Shown one piece after another: positions 9,952 through 20,606 of a DNA stretch of 33,639 nt. The notes under the pieces are model-generated. The model was given only the letters and a program-made list of their open reading frames with translations, had not been told where the DNA came from and ran no database searches. The DNA lies in contig BLSG01000357.1 in the NCBI GenBank assembly GCA_012862495.1, positions 26,632 through 60,270 of the forward strand, written 5' to 3'. Source of the DNA: Thraustochytrium aureum (lineage: Eukaryota). The first letter of the stretch is position 1. The number at the start of each line of letters is the position of its first letter. The position numbers were made by a program, and so were the translations under genes.

Positions 9952-10731
9952 ATGAGCGCCACCGGCAAGAAGATGTTCATTGGCGGCAACTGGAAGTGCA
10001 ACGGGACCCGCGAGCAGGTCAAGGGCCTGATCGAGATGCTCAACGGCGCCGGCGAAATCCCCGCCAACGCCGAGGTTGTCGTCGCCCCGCCCGCGCTCCA
10101 CCTCGGCCAGGTCGCGGCCGAGGTTCGCAAGGATATCGGCGTGGCTGCCCAAAACTGCTGGCAAGAGCCAAAGGCCGGGGCCTGGACTGGCGAGCTGACC
10201 GCCGACCTCCTGGTCGACTTTGGGCTCAAGTGGGTCGTGCTCGGCCACAGCGAGCGCCGCGCGTACTGCGGCGAGACGCCCGCGATTGTCGGCAAGAAGA
10301 CTAAGATCGCGCTCGACGCTGGACTGAGCGTGATCGCCTGCATTGGCGAGCAGCTCGAGGATCGCCAGGCCGACAAGACCATGGAGGTTTGCCAAGCGCA
10401 GCTCGAACCGATTATCGCCAACGTGGCGAAGGGCAAGATGTCCAAAGTCGTCGTCGCCTACGAGCCGGTTTGGGCGATCGGTACTGGCGTTACAGCGACC
10501 CCCGAGCAGGCGCAAGAGACGCACAAGCAGCTCCGGGCGTACCTTTCGGAGAAGATTGGCGCCGACGAGGCCAACGCTGTGCGAATTATCTACGGCGGCA
10601 GCGTGAAGGGTGCCAACTGCGACGAGCTCATGAAGAACCCTGACATTGACGGCTTCCTCGTTGGGGGCGCCTCGCTTCTGCCCGAATTTAAGCAGATCAT
10701 TGGCTCTGCCAAGATCAAGGCCAACCTTTGA
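9952..10731 (+). CDS. TPI1: Triosephosphate isomerase (probably cytosolic)
   Basis: FIGGNWKCNG, AAQNCW, VVLGHSERR, AYEPVWAIGTG, YGGSV, DGFLVGGASL; ATG at 9952. Confidence 0.98.
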   Translation: MSATGKKMFIGGNWKCNGTREQVKGLIEMLNGAGEIPANAEVVVAPPALHLGQVAAEVRKDIGVAAQNCWQEPKAGAWTGELTADLLVDFGLKWVVLGHSERRAYCGETPAIVGKKTKIALDAGLSVIACIGEQLEDRQADKTMEVCQAQLEPIIANVAKGKMSKVVVAYEPVWAIGTGVTATPEQAQETHKQLRAYLSEKIGADEANAVRIIYGGSVKGANCDELMKNPDIDGFLVGGASLLPEFKQIIGSAKIKANL

Positions 10732-10785
10732 ATGAGGATGCGCTGCTCCACGAACCAACCTTCGAATGAGGATGCGCTGCTCCAC
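10721..10785 (+). repeat. Tandem duplication with 34-bp period spanning the TPI stop codon
   Basis: ccaacctt(t/c)gaatgaggatgcgctgctccac at 10721-10751 and 10755-10785, one mismatch. Confidence 0.95.
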
Positions 10786-11617
10786 CGCATCACTCACGGG
10801 CGCCCCTCGCGCTAACGCAGCGTGAGTGAGAGCTGCTGTGGGGGAGGTGAGGGGTGGGCTGAGGTCATCGCACCACGCCGCGGGGCGCCCCTGTGCTGGG
10901 CCCAAGGCAGCGAGCGATAGCTCNNNNNNNNNNNNNNNNNNNNNNNNNNNNNNNNNNNNNNNNNNNNNNNNNNNNNNNNNNNNNNNNNNNNNNNNNNNNN
11001 NNNNNNNNNNNNNNNNNNNNNNNNNNNNNNNNNNNNNNNNNNNNNNNNNNNNNNNNNNNNNNNNNNNNNNNNNNNNNNNNNNNNNNNNNNNNNNNNNNNN
11101 NNNNNNNNNNNNNNNNNNNNNNNNNNNNNNNNNNNNNNNNNNNNNNNNNNNNNNNNNNNNNNNNNNNNNNNNNNNNNNNNNNNNNNNNNNNNNNNNNNNN
11201 NNNNNNNNNNNNNNNNNNNNNNNNNNNNNNNNNNNNNNNNNNNNNNNNNNNNNNNNNNNNNNNNNNNNNNNNNNNNNNNNNNNNNNNNNNNNNNNNNNNN
11301 NNNNNNNNNNNNNNNNNNNNNNNNNNNNNNNNNNNNNNNNNNNNNNNNNNNNNNNNNNNNNNNNNNNNNNNNNNNNNNNNNNNNNNNNNNNNNNNNNNNN
11401 NNNNNNNNNNNNNNNNNNNNNNNNNNNNNNNNNNNNNNNNNNNNNNNNNNNNNNNNNNNNNNNNNNNNNNNNNNNNNNNNNNNNNNNNNNNNNNNNNNNN
11501 NNNNNNNNNNNNNNNNNNNNNNNNNNNNNNNNNNNNNNNNNNNNNNNNNNNNNNNNNNNNNNNNNNNNNNNNNNNNNNNNNNNNNNNNNNNNNNNNNNNN
11601 NNNNNNNNNNNNNNNNN

Positions 11618-12623
11618 CAGCGGCGATCGGGGCGCCAACATCCGCCGTCGGGGCGGGCCGCCGCCCGTTTCCAAATGGCCAGCCCCAACGGCGTCGGCGC
11701 TGCCTATGCGTCGCCGGGAGGCCGCAGTGCGGCAACTGCGGCAGGGTCTCCCGCGGGCGGATTGTGGGGCAGCTACGCCTCTAGTCCGTTGGGCGTGGCG
11801 CAGTCGACCCTGTCTCGGTCCACGAACGGCGCCATGTTCGGCCCGCAGCACAGCCCGGTATTCCAGACCCCGCAAGCGGGATATGGCTCGCCCATGCAGG
11901 GCCAGCACGCCCTTGCTGCAAGCAGCCCTGTGCCATTCAAGTCGCCCGCGGGGCTCTGCCGGGCCTGCTCGACGCCGATGTACACCCCTGGATCGGCCGC
12001 GCCGTCCCCGCCGCAGCAGGGCGGGCTTGGCGTGGCGCAAACGAGCGACAGGGACGAGGCAGCTTTTAGCCTTTTGCTCAAACTGAGCGTGGATTGGGAC
12101 GCGAGCTCCTCGCGCCGATCTCGAAGCGCGGCCGAGTACATCGAAGACTGGACCGAGAACCTCACCAAAGCCCTCTGTAAGTACGTCCGAGAGCACGTGA
12201 TTGGGGCGCTTGAGAGGAATACGGATCTGCTTTGCGAGCTCCCGGGAGGGTTCTTCACGCGAGAGCTCCTGGAGCTCTCGCTTGCTCAAGATCCGCCTCC
12301 GGGCCAGCTCTCGCCGCTCGAGGGCGCGCGGCAACGTGCCATGCAAGAGTACTCGGAAGCCGCCTCGCGCAACGTGGCGCCAGCGCCTACGACGTCCCTG
12401 TTCGGCAGCTTTGGACAGAACCAGCAACAAACGCAAGAGCAGCAGCAGGCGCAAGGGCGGGCGCAGCAGGCGATAAACGCCCTAAACCGTCTGCTGGACG
12501 AGCGCGCGAGGATAGAGCGTTCCTTGACGCTCTCGACAGTGCAAAACAGGTTCCCGCGCGGGCTGATTCTGCAGCGCTTGAAACTCCTTTTTGGCTCTTC
12601 GGACAGGGCTGTCAGGCAACATC
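11618..12623 (+). CDS. TMEM209-like (CytochromB561_N family) nuclear-envelope protein, partial; both ends in gaps
   Basis: Open frame with an SP/TP-rich low-complexity region, followed by IEDWTENLTKALCKYV..VIGALE and PRGLILQRLKLL, resembling the TMEM209 'W...LR.W....L.PL' and 'Y...RI.EL' blocks. Confidence 0.45.
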
Positions 12624-13259
12624 NNNNNNNNNNNNNNNNNNNNNNNNNNNNNNNNNNNNNNNNNNNNNNNNNNNNNNNNNNNNNNNNNNNNNNNNNNNNN
12701 NNNNNNNNNNNNNNNNNNNNNNNNNNNNNNNNNNNNNNNNNNNNNNNNNNNNNNNNNNNNNNNNNNNNNNNNNNNNNNNNNNNNNNNNNNNNNNNNNNNN
12801 NNNNNNNNNNNNNNNNNNNNNNNNNNNNNNNNNNNNNNNNNNNNNNNNNNNNNNNNNNNNNNNNNNNNNNNNNNNNNNNNNNNNNNNNNNNNNNNNNNNN
12901 NNNNNNNNNNNNNNNNNNNNNNNNNNNNNNNNNNNNNNNNNNNNNNNNNNNNNNNNNNNNNNNNNNNNNNNNNNNNNNNNNNNNNNNNNNNNNNNNNNNN
13001 NNNNNNNNNNNNNNNNNNNNNNNNNNNNNNNNNNNNNNNNNNNNNNNNNNNNNNNNNNNNNNNNNNNNNNNNNNNNNNNNNNNNNNNNNNNNNNNNNNNN
13101 NNNNNNNNNNNNNNNNNNNNNNNNNNNNNNNNNNNNNNNNNNNNNNNNNNNNNNNNNNNNNNNNNNNNNNNNNNNNNNNNNNNNNNNNNNNNNNNNNNNN
13201 NNNNNNNNNNNNNNNNNNNNNNNNNNNNNNNNNNNNNNNNNNNNNNNNNNNNNNNNNNN

Positions 13260-13310
13260 AAGATGGCCTGACGAATAATGGCCTTGCGATGTTGACACGA
13301 AGCGTCCGTG
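13260..13310 (-). mobile_element. Short fragment of a dispersed retroelement-derived repeat (abuts a gap)
   Basis: Minus strand ggacgcttcgtgtcaacatcgcaaggccattattcgtcaggccatct (TDASCQHRKAIIRQAI) matches copies at approx. 25066-25145(-), 28879-28918(+) and 32398-32455(+). Confidence 0.65.
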
Positions 13311-13503
13311 ACAGCAACCAAGCGCTCCTCCGTTGTCTGCTCGCGAGCGCTTCCTTCTTTCCTTTCCAAAGAATAAATGAATACTTCATCCTCTCCTCAG
13401 GCTGCTCGCCGATACCAAGTCGATACGGCCATCGCAGGCAGCGCGCAGGGCCCGGACGAGCGGCGACGGGCGGCTGACTGACTTGCAGGCTGGAGAGCGG
13501 GAG

Positions 13504-14274
13504 ATGCCGCGGGCGGAGTCCAACGGCGGGGCGGGAGGAGGCAGCCGGTCCGCCTTCGCCCTGCGCGCCGTGGGCTTGTGCCTGGCACTGCTGCTGCCTC
13601 GCGCAGCAACGGCGATGGACTCTGACGTGTACTTTTACTTGAACGAGGTCAACGCGAGGTGCTTTCTGGAGGAGCTGCCTGCGCAGACCATCCTCATCGG
13701 TGAGTGCGCGTTGCTGCGAGGCCATACCGTCGGCGGGAAGGTGCATTGGAGCGAGGGCTGACTGTACCGTGCGTGCGGGGGGCAAGGCGAGTACAAACAC
13801 CCGGAAGGGGACGGAGGCAAGGAGGCCGCGATCTTCGTCTACGATCCGGCTGGTCAGCAGGTTTATACCGAAGCGGCGGAAAAGCTCGGACGCTTCGCGT
13901 ACCACTCGGTGGTTGCAGGCGAGCACAAAATTTGTGTCAAGGGCACGCCGAGGCCCGGGCGCGGCACGTCTGCAAAGTTCCACCTGCGGCTGGAGATCCA
14001 CGGCAAGGACGCTGAAATCACGAGCGACGTGGCCAAGAAGGAGCATCTAACGAGCCTCGAGAAGGAACTCGAGGAGCTCGACAACCGCGTCGACCTCATC
14101 CTCAAGGACCTCGAGTACTCCAAGTCGCAGGAGCAGCACTTTCGAGAGCAAACCGAGCGGATCAACAGCAGGATCATGTGGTGGTCGCTGCTGCAGACCT
14201 TGCTGCTCCTTCTGTCAGGAATCTGGCAGATCGTCCACCTGAAAAACTTTTTCCGCGCCAAGAAGCTCGTCTAG
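13504..14274 (+). CDS. p24/TMED (emp24/gp25L) family cargo receptor, TMED4/9-like; exons 13504-13699 and 13787-14274
   Basis: Signal peptide, GOLD domain (YFYL..RCFLEELP..G/EY..GRFAYHSVVAGEHKICV), coiled coil, TM (RIMWWSLLQTLLLLLSGIWQI) and cytosolic tail HLKNFFRAKKLV. Confidence 0.95.
13700..13786 (+). other. Spliceosomal intron in the p24 gene (87 nt, phase 1)
   Basis: GTGAGT donor, GCTGAC branch point, AAG acceptor; removal restores a continuous frame (..TILIG/EYKHPEGDGGKEAAIFVYDP..). Confidence 0.88.
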
Positions 14275-14513
14275 CTAGAGAGAGGCTCAACAGAGCTCGT
14301 TTTATTTTCATTGTTTTTTGTTGTTCATGAAAACGGAGAAAGTGCGCGGCCTCGGAAGCGCCCCGGAGGTGCCAGCGCTGTCCTCTGTGGCACCGCCGCC
14401 GACGAAGCGTGCCAGGACGCCCAACGCATTGCAAGAGCTGCCACAAAAACCAAAGAACGCCGCGACCCGAACCGCCGCGACCCGAATCGCTCGAGATGTG
14501 TTCAGCTCATCTC

Positions 14514-17500
14514 TTAGCGAGTGAATGATGAAGCCGTCGGGCTCGCTCGCCGCTTCTCCAACTTGCGCCGCCGCTGCCAGTGCAGCAAGCGCTCCATGTG
14601 CGACTTGACCCTCTCCAGCTCGCCAGCATACTCGCCACTGTTCGCGTTGTACCGCTCAACCAGCTCCAGGAGCATGCGAAAGTCGGTCTCTGTCTCCTCG
14701 AACAAGCCCACAGCGAGGCTGAGCTGGCGCTCCTTCTCCTCGAATGCCAGTCGGAGTTGAGCGTTTCCAGCCTGCAGATAGTCAATCTGCTTCTTGGCAG
14801 CCTGGCGCATTGATTCAATCGCCACCATACTACTTGCTGCAGAGCATGGTGTCGCAGCGCTTCCTGGGCTCGGCACTTCGTTCGCTGGTGAAGCGCCGGC
14901 GTCGCTGGAACAGCACAATCCAACGCATCATGCAATGGTTCTGTCGCTGACAACACGGTGTCAGTCCCAAGGGCCACGCGTCGGGGAGTGCGCACGGAGC
15001 TGTCGTCCCGCGCTGCCTTCAGCTCTTCCAGAAGGCAAGAGCGCTCGTGCTCTAGAGCAGAGATCCTCGCGCGCTGGGCTTTGACGACTGCCTCGAGGCC
15101 TTGCCCCCTCTCGGAGTCGTGACTGGTGATGGCCAGCGCACGAGAAGAATCGTTTTGGCGCGTATCAGCACGGTCCTGGTCAACTCTCGCGAGCTGGTCC
15201 TTGAGTCGGTCTACGATACCTGATAGCCTGGCGTGCTCCTTCTCGTGCTCAACCATGAGGTCGCGATGCCGCGAGCCAGACCTGGTGAGCAACTCTTCCA
15301 TTGCAGTGCATTTGGCCTCGAGGCCGCCCACCCGCTGCCGAAGCTGGCTCGCCTCGCGGCCAGCCGCCTCGCGTCGCTCCGACTCCCGGGCCCACTCCGC
15401 CTCAAGATCATCGAAAGCAGCGAGAAGCCCTGTGTGCCTTGTGCGACTGAGGCAGCTGGTAGTAGACGTTGCAGAGATAGGGCGAGCAGCTTCTCGGCCC
15501 GTCGCGCAATCTCGAGCTCGGCCTGGACTTTGCGCGACTGTTCCAACTCCGGCCCGTCCGAGTCGGCGAGCTTGCGCTCGAGCGCTTGATTAGAGCGGAA
15601 AAGGGCCGCATTGGCTGCCTCGAGATCGTCACACTGGGCACGCAGGGTTTGGGACATTCGCAAGGCCTCCTCGAGGTCGCGTTCTGCGTCCTCGTACCTT
15701 GCTCGGTAGACCTGGGCGCCTTCGAGCGCGACTTTCGCTGTCGTGAGGTCTTGCTCGAGTTGCAGCCGGACCCTTGCAGCCGTGGCGATGGCCTTGGTCG
15801 CTGCGCTTGCTTCGCGGGCCAAGCTCTGCTCGAGAGCCTGAACTTGCTTGCCGAGTTCTGCGGCGCGNNNNNNNNNNNNNNNNNNNNNNNNNNNNNNNNN
15901 NNNNNNNNNNNNNNNNNNNNNNNNNNNNNNNNNNNNNNNNNNNNNNNNNNNNNNNNNNNNNNNNNNNNNNNNNNNNNNNNNNNNNNNNNNNNNNNNNNNN
16001 NNNNNNNNNNNNNNNNNNNNNNNNNNNNNNNNNNNNNNNNNNNNNNNNNNNNNNNNNNNNNNNNNNNNNNNNNNNNNNNNNNNNNNNNNNNNNNNNNNNN
16101 NNNNNNNNNNNNNNNNNNNNNNNNNNNNNNNNNNNNNNNNNNNNNNNNNAGAGCCTGAACTTGCTTGCCGAGTTCTGCGGCGCGAAGTTCGGCGGCCTCG
16201 GCGGCCTGCTCCGCGCGACGAAGCTGCAACGCGCTTCGTTCAGCCTGTGCCTTGGCCTCCTCCGCGGCGAGCCCGTGGAGCGCGAATTCTGCGATGCGCG
16301 CTTCTAGCTGCTTGACTTTGTCGGCTGTGCGCGCCGCGTCGCGGCTGGCTAGCTCGGCGCGCCGCTCTGCGGCTTGGTGCGCAGCGCAAGCCTCCTCAGC
16401 GACCAACTCGCGCTGGCGCATGTTTGCCAGCGCTACGCGTGTTTGGTCAATTTCTTCCACCAAGTATTCCATGCGCTGGTCCTTTTTCTTCGTCTGCGCA
16501 TTCGACGCGAGCAAGAGAAAGGCGCCTCTGCGGCCGCGATTCAAACTTGCGCGTCCTTCGACCCATAGCCGGAGCACTAGCAATGCAGCCTTCTTTTGAA
16601 GGGCTGATTGCGACGCGCCAAAGTTTGTGCGACTCTCTTCTGCCGCCTGCTCCAGTGCTTTGGCGCGAGATTCCGCTTGCTGAAGCCTGGCCGCCTCTTG
16701 CTCCGCTTGGGCTTTGCTCAGCTCGAGGCTGGCAGAGAGAGCTGTGGCGTCGCCCCGGGCCTCAGCGAGCTGTGCTTGACTCTTTTCGAACCGTGCTGTG
16801 AGCAAGCGCACCTCCTCTCGGACTCTGCCGAGCTCGACCTCGCGGGCAGCGAGCTGCTTCTCACACGATTCGCGGCGCTTGCTCTCCTCCTGCAACTTTT
16901 CTCGCATCTTGGTTTGCCGCAGGGTGAATTCGTTGCTCTGGTCTTTCAGCGCCGCACGAGCGACGTCAAGCTCGTCCCGAGCTTTGGATCGGTCTCCCAC
17001 GAGCCCCTCCAAGTGTAGAGCGTGCTCCTTGGCGTTGTTCGCCATCTTTGTACGCAGGTGGCCCAACTCTGTTCTCAAAGCGTCAATGCGCTCCTCCTTG
17101 GACGTCAACTGTACCGTGAGCTGGCCAAGCTCCACTTTCAAACGGCCCAGCTCGGCCGTAGCCGCGGCAGCGTCGCGGTGAGAAGCTCCGAGTTCTAGCT
17201 TGAGCGCGCCGGCCTCCTTTTGCAGCGCTTCGTTCTGCAGGATGAGGCCCGCCCGCTCGCCTTGAATGCCCGCTTTTGCAGCTTGTAGTTGCCCCTCGAG
17301 GACCTGTATGTGCCCGCTCAGTCTCTCTGCTGTCCGTCGTAGTGAGGCTTCCTCTTCCGCGGCGTTCAAGAGCTCGGCCTTAGTTTCGGCCAGCTGTCGC
17401 TCACGGCTTGCGTCGAGTTGGCCGTGCTCTCGCTCGAGCGCTCCAAGCGCTTGTCTTGCTTCGGTCGCCGCGCGCTCGGCGCGCTGGATTTGTGCTGCCT

Positions 17501-19948
17501 GCTTTTCTGAGCGAGCCAACGCTTGGGCGAGGGATTGGCGCACTTGTGCGAGGTCCTGTTTCGCGAGGTCCTCCCCACGCGTTGACGCCCTCGCAATCTC
17601 TCGCGCTTTCTTGCAGTCCTCCTCACTCGTCACAAGTTTGGTGGCGAGCGCGTCTCGCTCCTCACGAAGAGCCAACGCTGCGTCGTTGGCGGTTCGTGCC
17701 GCCGCTTGGGCCTTTGCTTCTCTGGTTTCGACGGCAGCAAGAAGAGCCCTCGCTCGCTCGAGCTGGTCAACGCTCGAGACGAGCTCCAGCTCAAGTTGAG
17801 CGTGGCGCCGTTCAGCTGCTTGCGCAAGGCGCGCTGACTCGGTTTCGGCGCGCTCCCGCTCGAGTGTCGCCTGGGCTCGCGCAGATCTTTGCTTTCGAGC
17901 TCGCGGCGTAGCTCTTCGAGCTGCTCCCGGAGCACTTTAGCGAGGTCCTTGTCAACCATGTGCCTTGACTCAAGTGCCCGTAGGCGGCTGGCGAGGGCAT
18001 CGCGTTCTTCGCGAATCGATGACACAACATTCTCAGTGGCGGCGACGGTCTTGAGAGTTTGTTCGAGGTGCTGCTCCCGCACAATTTGGCGTCGGTGCGC
18101 CTCGTCGACACCCAGAGCAAGCGCGGCGTGCTGCTTGACTAGTTCCCTCCGCTGCAGGAATCGCTCTAGTTGGCCGCGCGTCAAGGGCGCTCCAGCGTGG
18201 CTCTGCTTTCGGATGTGTGCTTGGAGCCTTGCGCGAGCAGCGTCAAGATGTTCCTGGGCCAGGTGCAGCTTGGCGGACTTGTCGCGGAGCTCCGCGCAAA
18301 GGGCCTCGACGTGCTCGCGAAGCGAGCTTACTTGTTGCTCTGCAACCACCCGGCGGTGTTCAGCCTGGAGGTCAAAGGAGCCACACGCCTCAGCGACCTC
18401 CAGCTCAGCTGCTTCTCGCCGCTGCGACTCAAAAGTGACCACTGTACTGAGCTGCGACGAGGTCGTCGGCGCTGCAGCGCGACGGGGCTGCAGCGCCGAC
18501 CATGGGACGGCTTGGCGCATGCTAGCCCCCGGCCCCCGCCGACGGGCGACAAGGCCTCATCGCTTGGCCGCGAGCTGGGCTTGAAGGCTGTTTGGGGGCC
18601 TAGCAGGACCCTCCTGCGCTTGCTGACAACGCGTGGCGTCTGCAGCGTGGCTGCGATCGACTTGGCGAGGCGCGACTCGAGTTGCTGCACGCGCTCTTGA
18701 AGGCTCTGCTTCTCCGAAACGTTGAGGGCCAACTGGCGCTCGAGAGTGGATACTTGGGCCTTGAACACAGCCAGGATCGCGCCACCTGTCTCAAGCTGAT
18801 TGACGCGCGCAAATGTTTTGACATTTCTGGCGCGCTGGGCAAACTGCAGCGTGGAGCGAGATTCGTCTTGGTGGACCAGAGCCGGCGAAATGCAACAGAT
18901 CATCGCCGTTTTCGAGTTACCGCCCAGGGCAGTGTTGAGGAGGCGTGTCAGGTTGGAGTTCCTCCACGGGATGTGCTTTGCCTTTTCGTTAATGCTTGTG
19001 ATGACGTCGCCGAGGGCAGAGAGGCTCTTGTTGATGTATCCGGCTTCTCTGAGGCGCTCTCCGCGTGCCTTTGTCTTGGAGACGCGCTCGCTGCCTGCGA
19101 GATCGATGAATGTGAGCGAAGAGGCCGCGAGCGGCTTGGCGTCGTCACTCGCCCACTGCGCCAAGGCTGCTTGTGCGTCTCTGGCAATGGCGGCTTCGCG
19201 CGAGCTCTCGTCCATGGAGAAGTTGCGCGCGCTGCCGGCGTGCTCAGGGCTCGTCTGGGTGTCACCGTCCTCCTCAACACTCTCGGGCCAGAGCGTTGGC
19301 GCCGCGACGAGCGGCTTGCTCTCGACCCGGACCGTGAAGATGCCGTGCGAGCGGCTACTTTGGCGGCTCATGAATGTCTGAGCAACCATCCGATTTCGCA
19401 CGCCGCGCTCGACGAGATCCAAGGCTTCCGCGGCCGAGCTGGCTTGATGCCAGCTGAGGCCGCGGATCGTGGGGCCCCAGATTGGGTCGTCCACGATCCG
19501 CATTTTCTTCGTGGAGGAGTCGAGCAGATCGTTTGGCACCTCGTTGATCAGCTCGCAGAAAGAGACGCGTACGACGAAGCGGAAGCTGGAGCCGAGACCC
19601 TTTTGGTCGATGAAATCAAAGAGGTCCTCAAGCGCGTACTGCTGAACGCCCACGATTTGTTTGCCGTCCCCAGTGATAGTATACGTTTTCCCACTCGTTG
19701 TCTGCCCGTAGGCGATCACCGTTGCGTTGTAGCCTTCGACGACGCGCTCGACAAGCCCTTGCAGGTGGCTCTCGTACACGTCGCGGTTCGTCGCCCCAGG
19801 GCTGAACACCTTGCTAAACGCAAACCGAGAGCGGCGTTCCTCTGGTAGACGCGCGAGTTCCTGCGGGGTCAAAATCTCCCAGTCAATCGGGGCACTTTCG
19901 ATCGTTTCGTCGGTCCACTGCCACGACACCTGGCTGGAGGTTGACTCT
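14514..19948 (-). CDS. N-terminal-motor kinesin with a very long coiled coil (kinesin-7/CENP-E-like); 5' end in the gap; four apparent frameshifts
   Basis: Motor motifs GYNATVIAYGQTTSGKT, SSRSH, DLAGSER, INKSLSALGDVI, HIPWRNSNLTRLL..LGGNSKT..CISPA..STLQFAQRA. Coiled-coil segments continue through track ORFs 17630-18520, 15408-17675, 15211-15822, 14507-15331 and 14514-14918, with frame changes near 18530, 17882, 15430 and 14920. The subfamily assignment is tentative. Confidence 0.88.
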
Positions 19949-20606
19949 NNNNNNNNNNNNNNNNNNNNNNNNNNNNNNNNNNNNNNNNNNNNNNNNNNNN
20001 NNNNNNNNNNNNNNNNNNNNNNNNNNNNNNNNNNNNNNNNNNNNNNNNNNNNNNNNNNNNNNNNNNNNNNNNNNNNNNNNNNNNNNNNNNNNNNNNNNNN
20101 NNNNNNNNNNNNNNNNNNNNNNNNNNNNNNNNNNNNNNNNNNNNNNNNNNNNNNNNNNNNNNNNNNNNNNNNNNNNNNNNNNNNNNNNNNNNNNNNNNNN
20201 NNNNNNNNNNNNNNNNNNNNNNNNNNNNNNNNNNNNNNNNNNNNNNNNNNNNNNNNNNNNNNNNNNNNNNNNNNNNNNNNNNNNNNNNNNNNNNNNNNNN
20301 NNNNNNNNNNNNNNNNNNNNNNNNNNNNNNNNNNNNNNNNNNNNNNNNNNNNNNNNNNNNNNNNNNNNNNNNNNNNNNNNNNNNNNNNNNNNNNNNNNNN
20401 NNNNNNNNNNNNNNNNNNNNNNNNNNNNNNNNNNNNNNNNNNNNNNNNNNNNNNNNNNNNNNNNNNNNNNNNNNNNNNNNNNNNNNNNNNNNNNNNNNNN
20501 NNNNNNNNNNNNNNNNNNNNNNNNNNNNNNNNNNNNNNNNNNNNNNNNNNNNNNNNNNNNNNNNNNNNNNNNNNNNNNNNNNNNNNNNNNNNNNNNNNNN
20601 NNNNNN

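Noticed and set aside
13260..13477. Continuation of the TMEM209-like ORF after the gap (track ORF to 13477)
   Set aside because: This sequence matches the dispersed retroelement repeat on the opposite strand and contains AATAAA; the frame across the gap is unknowable.
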